NCBI GenBank assembly: GCA_041659405.1
Contig: JBAZYK010000007.1
Coordinates: 1 to 32,000, forward strand
Direction: 5' to 3'
Length of the DNA stretch: 32,000 bases
Source of the DNA: Candidatus Altimarinota bacterium
GTDB taxonomy: Bacteria > Patescibacteriota > Gracilibacteria > UBA1369
The position numbers and the translations under genes were made by a program. Shown here piece after piece: positions 1-6,148 of this stretch (its first letter is position 1; the number at the start of each line of letters is the position of its first letter). The notes beneath the pieces are model-generated. The model searched no databases, was not told where the DNA came from, and saw only the letters and a program-made list of their open reading frames with translations.

Positions 1-56
1 AGGATAACTTTAAGTTTGAACGCTCCATCGTACTGTTTCCGTATACCTTTTGGCAT
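1..56 (-). CDS. Partial 5' end of an IS3-family-like transposase OrfA (HTH N-terminus); gene runs off the left edge
   Basis: Minus-strand ATG at 56-54 followed by MPKGIRKQYDGAFKLKVI. The basic stretch plus Y-x-x-x-F-K-L-x-V pattern is typical of IS3/IS911 OrfA N-termini. Only 18 codons are visible and the ORF is not in the track. Confidence 0.35.
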   Translation of the reverse strand, partial: MPKGIRKQYDGAFKLKVI

Positions 57-166
57 AATTTTTGGGGTTAAAAACCTCTCTTAGCATACCCCATTTTTCT
101 GTCCGATTTTGCGGGACCATTATAGAAAGTCTATTTTTCTTATAATGTAATGGGGCAATATTAATA

Positions 167-221
167 TGCTACAATAACTCTGATCAGTTTAGAAAAGGTA
201 CTAGAACCGACTGGTCAGCCA
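167..221 (+). promoter_or_regulatory. Conserved promoter-plus-leader block, copy A (extended -10 TGCTACAAT at 167-175; conserved motif 180-221)
   Basis: Near-identical to blocks at 1199-1253 and 5508-5561, with 16 nt between the -10 and GAAAAGG in all three. The motif CTGATCAGT...GAAAAGGTACTAGAACCGACTGGTCAGCCA can fold as a 9-bp stem enclosing a GGT/ACC mini-hairpin. It lies 44 nt upstream of the Mrr-like ATG. Confidence 0.6.
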
Positions 222-264
222 GAACGTACTCCGTCCCGATAAAAAGATAGATGATATTGTTACT

Positions 265-1164
265 ATGACTTATAGCCGAAAAAAGTATCAGGATCTTTCC
301 CAAAAGAATCAGAATTTAATGTCATCCCACAAAAAAATTCAGCTTTATAATTTACGAAAAAAGTATGGATGGGTGCCTTTAAAAATAGCCCATTTATTAT
401 ATGATTTTGGGTTTGATCAGGCTAAAATTGAAGAAATTGAAATTTTTGATCAAAACATTCAACTTAAAAACCAGGAAATTCATACTGAAGCCCAACGGTT
501 AAATGGAAAAAGAACAATATTGATACATAGGTTTTTATCTTTGTTGTTCTTCCCTTTTGCCATCTTAATTATATGGATATTGTTTGTTTCGGGCTGGGGT
601 ACATGGATTCCTGTTGTAATATTTGTTTTGATTTCAATATTTATTAACAAGGAGGATTTTTTAGGAAATTTTGTTTCTAAGAAATATCATTATAATCTAT
701 TGCCTCAACACAAATTATCTACTGATTTGGAAAAATATAAACAAGCAGTTAGGGACAATGTATTATTCGAGCAACTTTTAGAAGAAGAGCGTAAAGATAA
801 AATAGAAAGGTCCAAGAGAGAGTTTTGGTTTTCCTTAAATGGATTCGAATTTGAAAATCAGATGGCTAAATTATTTAGAAAAAATGGTTATAAAGCAGAT
901 GTAACAAAGCGTACTGGTGATGGTGGAATAGACATAAATCTTTACGATGAAAATGGGTTTAGGACTATTGTTCAATGTAAAGCCCACAAAAAGGCGATAG
1001 GGCCTCATGAAGCTAGAGCTATTTATGGCTTGATGTCATCTGAGAATGCTCCAAAGGCTATTTTGATAAGTTTGGGAGGTTTTACTCAGGGCGTGAGGGA
1101 TTTTGTTAAAGAAAAGAATATAATTTTGATGGATATAGAGGATGTCATGGAACTGGGATTTTGA
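265..1164 (+). CDS. Membrane-anchored Mrr-like (Mrr_cat, PD-(D/E)XK) restriction endonuclease domain protein
   Basis: 299-aa ORF. Hydrophobic helices in the middle (FLSLLFFPFAILIIWILFV, WIPVVIFVLISIFI). C-terminal core FEFENQMAKLF...GDGGIDI...IVQCK matches the Mrr catalytic-domain pattern (D...Q/E-x-K). Confidence 0.75.
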   Translation: MTYSRKKYQDLSQKNQNLMSSHKKIQLYNLRKKYGWVPLKIAHLLYDFGFDQAKIEEIEIFDQNIQLKNQEIHTEAQRLNGKRTILIHRFLSLLFFPFAILIIWILFVSGWGTWIPVVIFVLISIFINKEDFLGNFVSKKYHYNLLPQHKLSTDLEKYKQAVRDNVLFEQLLEEERKDKIERSKREFWFSLNGFEFENQMAKLFRKNGYKADVTKRTGDGGIDINLYDENGFRTIVQCKAHKKAIGPHEARAIYGLMSSENAPKAILISLGGFTQGVRDFVKEKNIILMDIEDVMELGF

Positions 1165-1198
1165 TAATTAAAAAAATACATGTTCCATTTTGCCAAAC

Positions 1199-1253
1199 TG
1201 CTATAATAACGCTATCCAGTCCAGAAAAGGTACTAGACCCCACTGGTCAGCCA
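1199..1253 (+). promoter_or_regulatory. Conserved promoter-plus-leader block, copy B (TGCTATAAT at 1199-1207; motif 1216-1253)
   Basis: Same block as 167-221 and 5508-5561: ...CCAGTCCAGAAAAGGTACTAGACCCCACTGGTCAGCCA. Followed by an A7 run and a GC-rich hairpin. Confidence 0.6.
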
Positions 1254-1487
1254 AAAAAATGGCTCCGAGCAGAGCTCGGGGACAGTTTTTTGAATTTGGG
1301 TATAGAGCGGAGTCGAAGTTTACACCCGGAGGGTGAATCCCTCATCCCCAGCCAACAGATTTGCGGAGCAAATCCGGACCCGCCTTGGCGGGTCCAAAAA
1401 CAAACGTTTGCGAAGCAAACACATTTTATAGAAGAGCGGATGAGAAGTTTATCCCCCGGAGGGGTAAATCCCTCGTTACTTTTTTTC
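1214..1487 (+). ncRNA. Candidate structured non-coding RNA locus (hairpin array); ends are approximate
   Basis: The predicted start lies just after the -10 at 1199-1207. Consecutive GC-rich hairpins sit in an AT-rich context:
- 1263-1270/1274-1281 (loop AGA);
- long imperfect hairpin 1305-1343 (inner CACCC-GGA-GGGTG);
- 1358-1374 (GATTTGC-GGA-GCAAATC);
- 1376-1395 (GGACCCGCC-TT-GGCGGGTCC);
- 1406-1420 (GTTTGC-GAA-GCAAAC);
- a second copy of the long hairpin at 1434-1474 (inner CCCC-GGA-GGGG), followed by a T run at 1480-1487.
The overlapping 109-aa TTG-start ORF looks like a by-product of these hairpins. Confidence 0.45.
1263..1291 (+). terminator. Terminator/attenuator-like hairpin inside the ncRNA locus
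   Basis: 8-bp stem CTCCGAGC/GCTCGGGG with AGA loop, then ACAG and T6 (1286-1291). An A7 run (1253-1259) lies upstream. It would yield a ~78-nt RNA from the copy B promoter. Confidence 0.4.
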
Positions 1488-1502
1488 TAAATTAACGTTA
1501 TA

Positions 1503-1524
1503 CTTACTGCGCAGTAAGATTTTT
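1503..1524 (+). terminator. Intrinsic-terminator-like hairpin upstream of the 1537 gene
   Basis: Perfect palindrome CTTACTGC|GCAGTAAG (1503-1518) followed by ATTTTT. Confidence 0.45.
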
Positions 1525-1536
1525 AACCCAAATAAT

Positions 1537-2007
1537 ATGTTTAAAAAAACAGGTCTTGCTATGATTACCGCCTTATTGGTAGGTGGATTGGTTTTCGGGG
1601 GATGCAGTCAACAAAATCCGAGCAATCCTTCAGAAAATTCTACAACAAATGTTCAGTCAAACAATGAGGAAAATTCAGTGAAAGTTGATGAGAATTCAAC
1701 CATAACTTCTAAACCGAACACATCAGGAGCTGAGGACACCAAAAGTTCCGTGGCAAAAGAAATAAAAGCTGCATTTCAAAATATATATTCGAATTCAGAT
1801 TTTTCTAATCAAACCGTGACTGTAGAAATGCTCAGCGGTGTCTATGCCAAAGGTGGGATCCCCACCTTAGACAATGGTGACGGTGACTGGGCATGGTTTG
1901 CGAAAAAAGTTGATAGCGTCTGGACAATCGTAGCTGATGGACAATACATTCAATGCCCGGGATTGGATGAGTTCCCGGCGGAATTCAAAACCGGGGTCTG
2001 TGATTAA
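1537..2007 (+). CDS. Secreted/putative lipoprotein, function unknown
   Basis: 156-aa ORF. N-terminal signal-like helix ending LVFGGCSQ (weak lipobox), then a low-complexity Ser/Asn/Glu linker. Confidence 0.65.
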   Translation: MFKKTGLAMITALLVGGLVFGGCSQQNPSNPSENSTTNVQSNNEENSVKVDENSTITSKPNTSGAEDTKSSVAKEIKAAFQNIYSNSDFSNQTVTVEMLSGVYAKGGIPTLDNGDGDWAWFAKKVDSVWTIVADGQYIQCPGLDEFPAEFKTGVCD

Positions 2008-2021
2008 TCTGAAAATATAGA

Positions 2022-2053
2022 CTAAAAGGATTCGATCCGACTGGCAATTACCA
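2022..2053 (+). repeat. Degenerate fourth copy of the leader motif core
   Basis: CTAAAAGGATTCGATCCGACTGGCAATTACCA versus AGAAAAGGTACTAGAACCGACTGGTCAGCCA. It shares AAAAGG, a mini-hairpin (GGAT-TCG-ATCC here), GACTGG and a terminal CCA. No -10 element or 5' stem partner is present. Confidence 0.3.
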
Positions 2054-2056
2054 AAA

Positions 2057-2085
2057 AGCCCATCTTGGAAGACGGGCTTTTTTTA
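2057..2085. terminator. Bidirectional rho-independent terminator between convergent genes
   Basis: Stem AGCCCATCTT/AAGACGGGCT (one mismatch, GG loop) flanked by A5 upstream and T8 downstream. It serves the + lipoprotein gene and the - HU gene. Confidence 0.7.
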
Positions 2086-2132
2086 TTGTTAAGTTGATGG
2101 TCGATTCCCTTTTCCCTTTTGAGGATTTTGAA

Positions 2133-2411
2133 CTACTTACGAACAGCATCCTTAAGAGATTTGCCAGCCTTGAAAGCAGGGAGCTTCATAGCTGGGATTT
2201 TGATTTTCTGGCTTGGGTTACGTGGATTTACACCAGTGCGGGCAGCGCGCTTTGAAATACGGAATGTGCCGAAACCGGTTACTGTTACGTTTTCACCCTT
2301 TTTGAGAGACTTGGTGATGCTTTGGAGTACAGCTTCGAGAACATCGGAAGAAGCCTTTTTTGTTACGCCGCAAGCTTTAGCTGCAGCATCGACGAGATCT
2401 TGCTTGGTCAT
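2133..2411 (-). CDS. hup: HU-family DNA-binding protein
   Basis: From the internal ATG at 2411: MTKQDLVDAAAKA...GFGTFRISKRAARTGVNPRNPSQKIKIPAMKLPAFKAGKSLKDAV, the classic HU/IHF signature. The track start at 2486 adds 25 implausible residues. Confidence 0.9.
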   Translation of the reverse strand: MTKQDLVDAAAKACGVTKKASSDVLEAVLQSITKSLKKGENVTVTGFGTFRISKRAARTGVNPRNPSQKIKIPAMKLPAFKAGKSLKDAVRK

Positions 2412-2487
2412 TGCTATTTTGATTAAAAAATAAAATAAACCGGATTCAGTATATGATTTTTGAAGGAAAATGCAAGTATTCTGCATA

Positions 2488-2518
2488 CAGGAGGCTTTTT
2501 AAAAGCCCCCGCCTCCTG
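2488..2518 (-). terminator. Hairpin downstream of the 2523 gene (weak terminator candidate)
   Basis: Perfect 8-bp stem CAGGAGGC/GCCTCCTG, with a nested alternative GGCTTTT/AAAAGCC. There is no clear U-tract on the minus strand. Confidence 0.3.
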
Positions 2519-2522
2519 CCAC

Positions 2523-4408
2523 TTACTTTCTAGCCGTAGGGCTGTAAATAAAGGGGGATCCGATGATTATTCGCTGCAGAGGTCCGCTTAATTTATATAG
2601 ATCGAGTATCTGACCCGGTGGGTTTTCGGGGGCACTCGTATTTGGCGCGACTTGAGTAGACGCATTTGATGGTGTGATGATCGGGGTCGGTACTTGGGTT
2701 GGTGTTGGCTGGAAGTAAGCAGCAAAATCATGTTGAACATTTAACCACGCTTCTCCAACATATTGGCCCTTATTATAATACTTGAAGAAATTGGTTTGAT
2801 TATTTACAAACCAGCCGCAATCCGGACAATTTCCGGAATAAACATCTATATCGTTTGAATCTAATTTACTCAGGAAAGATAGGCCCAGGTTCTTACCATT
2901 TATAAACGCCAGAACTATAGAACCTTTTACGTTCTCTATAAAATTTCCGTTAGCGCAACCCCAGGTGAGCATGAAAACGGGCAAGTTAGCAAGATTGGAA
3001 AAGTCACTTGCGGTTAAACCCCAAACCACAGTCGGGTCTCCGTGAGAATGCAAATAAGCTACCTCCGGACCTTTAGCTAATTCCGCAAGAAGAGCTGCCT
3101 TAAAAGGAGCAAGGTTATCGACGGCATCCGGCGTGATATCTATAGAATTTTCTGTTCCATAGACAGTTAGTCCAAGATTAGGAATGGACAAATAATGATT
3201 AGGGCCTGGATATGGGACATGTACAGCCGATACCGCCCACTTTGCGGGCACGGTTTGTTTAGTGAAAAATTATGATGCTTCTGGAAGTAAGCTCTTAATT
3301 GATTGATATGATTGTTGAGATCTGTCGCCGGAAAGGTTGATTTTATCCAACCGGTATATATTTCAGGTCCTCCATGTGCGCCATAACTATCATAACCATA
3401 ATAATGCCCCAAGTTATTTTGCTTAAAGCTGGCATCAAGATCCTCATAAAAGTACATAAAAGGCGCCAAATGATTGCTATCAAAGGGCTGTTCATACAAG
3501 GCGTAAGGAATATCGCCGACAAAAACAGCTCCACCTAAATTAAGGCAACCGCTACTATCAGGTTGGCATTCTTTGATGAGCAAATTCCTGATATCAAGCG
3601 GCGTGTAGGTTATTGAATTCTGAAGTTGAATTACGTCTACTTTGATTCCCAAGTTAGCGAAGACATCATTTTGAAAATTATCTACCTCCGGCTTTAAAGC
3701 GTCGTAAACGTTTTTGTAAATTATGACAACGGCTCGTTTGTTTACGTTATCTATCTGCAGTGCATTGTAAATCAGTTGTGCCAATTTCCCGCGAGTCATT
3801 CCCTGGTTCGGGAAGATGCTATTTTGACTGTCAGGTATCAACCATTCCAGATTTTTGCCATATTGAACATATTGTGTGTACCATTGGTTGGTAAAGGCAT
3901 CAGTATAAGGATTTTCAGGAACTGCCACATGCGAAACATCAACGTTTCCTGCCTTAATTAACATTTTTAAATTTTCCACCAGATTTACAGTTTGTTCTGG
4001 TTTAAAAGTTCCATCCGGATAGCCGCTGATTATTCCTAAAGCGGTAGCTTTATTTAAATATGGATAATACCAGGCATTCCAATCTTTTACGTCTTTGAAG
4101 TCTGCGTTTGAACCGCTATCAATTGCCGGTTGTCCTTGGATTTTAGATGCTCCAAGAATTATTTTTAAAGCTTCCGCACGGTTAACAATCCGGTTTGGCT
4201 TAAAAGTTCCATCAGGGTATCCGGAAATTATTCCCTTTGCTTGAAGGAACATAATCTCTGTGTAGTATGGGTTGGTTTTAGGAACATCGCTAAAACCTGT
4301 GCCCGTATCAATAGCAAAAACACTTTGCATTTGAGAAACTAAAATAAGGCCGGTTAAGATTGCCCCAACAATTGCGCCGCCGGATACTATTGGACGAGTT
4401 GTTTCCAT
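2523..4408 (-). pseudogene. SLH-domain surface protein with a C-terminal clan-CD (gingipain/caspase-like) cysteine peptidase domain, split by a frameshift
   Basis: ORF 3167-4408 has a signal/TM segment and three SLH-like repeats (FSDVPKTNPYY...GIISGYPDGTFKP, FKDVKDWNAWYY...GIISGYPDGTFKP, TDAFTNQWYTQY...). ORF 2523-3251 continues in the -1 frame with an 85-nt overlap and carries YLHSHG and MLTWGCANG (candidate His/Cys dyad). The second frame opens right at an A5/T5 homopolymer (3266-3270). Confidence 0.6.
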
Positions 4409-4497
4409 ATTCGGAAAATTAAGATGTATTTTTGTTTAGTTTAAGCTGTTTTGATTTTACGACATCTATGTTTGAATTGCCAGAGGGGGAACCTTTC

Positions 4498-5418
4498 CTA
4501 AGCCGTCGCTATCCTCAAATACCTCAAAATATCATACGGCTCATTTGCCGGGACTACGCGGTTATTTGTTGAAGTCGTTGTTGGTTCTTCCGAAATAGCT
4601 GTGTTTTTTCGTGCTACTTTTTCCGGAGAAAGTCGGAGGAGGCGATCAAGATACTTTTTTTCAGGCATGCCATAAACGGCGTAAATGGCGCGGCAACCAT
4701 ATCTTTCTGCCAGCGCGATGTCTTTTTTAGGGTTATCACCGATGATCAGGACCTGACGTGCAATTTGATCGAGTGTCATTTGAAGAATCGTTTCAAGATC
4801 GGAATCCGGTTTTTCTACCGGGGTTACGAATGTTGGAAAATCCACATCATAGAGCCCAGCTTCCTGTCGTTTCTGAAATTTTTCCGGTAAATCCTGAATA
4901 TCAGAATCCGCCATGGCATAAACACCTTTAATGAACGGATCAAGTTTGAAATACCTAACCCGCATTGTAGCCTGAAATTTCGGGGCATCGGTTATGATAC
5001 TAATGCGCTTTCCACATTCATGCAGGGTTTGGATGACTTGTTCCATTCCCTTGTAAATGTGCAGGTATTTTCGTCTTGCTTCGGTAAAAGCGTTTTGAAC
5101 TTTATCAACAAGTTCATTACGATTAAAATTTGGAACTGATTTAAAAAATCCAGCGGCTTCCAGGCCCTGTATCAGACCTCTGTGTTCCATAGTTCCCGCT
5201 ATGGTATAAAACTGCTTCATGGCGGCAGCTACTTCCGGTTCAGGCCTTTTAGACTCATCTGCAATACATTGAGCCATTGCGTCGTAACCATGCGCGGCAT
5301 AAGTCACCCAGTCCCAAATGGTGTTATCTCCATCAAAAACGACATCAGTTATTTCCGTCATAACTTCCGGACCCAAGGCATCATAATTTGGTTCAGTTGG
5401 AGGAGTTTCCATAGTCAT
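4498..5418 (-). CDS. HAD-superfamily hydrolase
   Basis: 306-aa ORF with motif I FDGDNTIWD (DxDxT), ITDAP (motif II-like) and GDNPKKD (motif IV). Confidence 0.8.
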   Translation of the reverse strand: MTMETPPTEPNYDALGPEVMTEITDVVFDGDNTIWDWVTYAAHGYDAMAQCIADESKRPEPEVAAAMKQFYTIAGTMEHRGLIQGLEAAGFFKSVPNFNRNELVDKVQNAFTEARRKYLHIYKGMEQVIQTLHECGKRISIITDAPKFQATMRVRYFKLDPFIKGVYAMADSDIQDLPEKFQKRQEAGLYDVDFPTFVTPVEKPDSDLETILQMTLDQIARQVLIIGDNPKKDIALAERYGCRAIYAVYGMPEKKYLDRLLRLSPEKVARKNTAISEEPTTTSTNNRVVPANEPYDILRYLRIATA

Positions 5419-5507
5419 AAATTTGGTAGCATTCGGCCTTCATAGTATCGCGAAGTGCTTCTTTTGCAAGCTGAAAGGCGCCATTGAACTGTCTCGTTTT
5501 GTAATTC

Positions 5508-5561
5508 TGCTATAATGAGCCCGATCAATCTGGAAAGGTATTAGACCCGACTGGTCAGCCA
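5508..5561 (+). promoter_or_regulatory. Conserved promoter-plus-leader block, copy C (TGCTATAAT at 5508-5516; motif 5522-5561)
   Basis: ...CCGATCAATCTGGAAAGGTATTAGACCCGACTGGTCAGCCA. Same spacing and 3' half as copies A and B. It lies ~150 nt upstream of the first gene of the Z1/Dcm/HNH operon. Confidence 0.6.
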
Positions 5562-5572
5562 ATGATAGAAAA

Positions 5573-5648
5573 GAGGGTGAGAAATTTATACCCCGCAGCA
5601 AAGCGAAGGGGGAAATCCATTATCCTCCAGCTAAAAATTGAGGATAAT
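5573..5648 (+). other. Leader hairpin module plus 9-bp hairpin in the 5' UTR of the Z1/Dcm/HNH operon
   Basis: GAGGGTGAGAAATTTATACCCC...GGGGGAAATCC (5573-5618) resembles the long hairpin modules at 1305-1343 and 1434-1474. It is followed by the perfect stem ATTATCCTC/GAGGATAAT (5619-5627/5640-5648), which shares its CCTCC with the module's closing stem, so the two folds are alternatives. Confidence 0.35.
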
Positions 5649-5706
5649 AGTTAATCTAGATTCTTTCTGGTAAGATGTTAGTGTGTTTTAGTCAGATTGT
5701 TTTTAT

Positions 5707-6138
5707 ATGATGGACAAATCTCATTACTATCATGGTGCTGCCGTTGTTTCTTTGTTGGAAAACGAGAATGACTTTTCCATAAGCAAGAAAGGGTTTTTGG
5801 GTTATGTTGTGAATGATAAAATTTTTATTTTTCTGAAGTATACAACTAAAGCAAGAACGCCTTGGAGATTCACTTTTGATCAAGAAGACATTGATCGCTG
5901 CTTAAAGATGTCATCAGAATATAATGATGTTGCTGTTGGCTTGATTTGCGGAGGTGATGGGATTTGCGGTTTAAAATGGAATGAGGTGCGATGTCTTTTA
6001 GAAGATAAGCCCGGTTGGATATCCGCAAAAAGAAAACATAATGAAAGTTATGGCGTTGCTGGTTCTATCACTGAACTAGAAAAAAAAGTGCCTGTTGGTA
6101 GATGGTCAATTTTTATTTCTGAAATGATAAAGAATTAA
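5707..6138 (+). CDS. Hypothetical protein, first gene of the Z1/Dcm/HNH operon
   Basis: 143-aa ORF (MMDKSHYYHGAAVVSLLENEND...KYTTKARTPWRFTF...). I recognise no motif. Its stop lies 10 nt before the next start. Confidence 0.6.
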   Translation: MMDKSHYYHGAAVVSLLENENDFSISKKGFLGYVVNDKIFIFLKYTTKARTPWRFTFDQEDIDRCLKMSSEYNDVAVGLICGGDGICGLKWNEVRCLLEDKPGWISAKRKHNESYGVAGSITELEKKVPVGRWSIFISEMIKN

Positions 6139-6148
6139 TATTATATTT

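Noticed and set aside
180-221. tRNA, tRNA fragment or tmRNA-like gene (stem + mini-hairpin + CCA)
   Set aside because: There is no canonical T-loop (GTTCRANYC), no D or anticodon arm, and the stem and arm lengths do not fit a tRNA 3' half. It is kept only as a geometric analogy within the leader-block finding.
1300-1480. Possible mini CRISPR array (two similar ~40-nt repeats)
   Set aside because: There are only two copies here plus one divergent copy 4 kb away. The sequence between them is itself hairpin-rich. The repeats are not identical, and no cas genes are in the window.
1161-1490. 109-aa ORF (TTG start) as a protein-coding gene
   Set aside because: It reads through a series of GC-rich hairpins and two copies of a 40-nt repeat. 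Its start overlaps the previous gene's stop region and the copy B promoter lies inside it. The amino-acid sequence looks arbitrary. It is better explained as a structured non-coding locus.
2119-2433. 104-aa plus-strand ORF
   Set aside because: It is antisense to a textbook HU gene and has no motifs. It is a mirror-frame artefact.
5707-6138. The 143-aa first gene as Vsr (very-short-patch repair endonuclease), the usual small Dcm partner
   Set aside because: The size fits, but the sequence lacks Vsr hallmarks as I recall them from E. coli Vsr (N-terminal RS.NM motif, FVDGCFWH-type zinc/His cluster).
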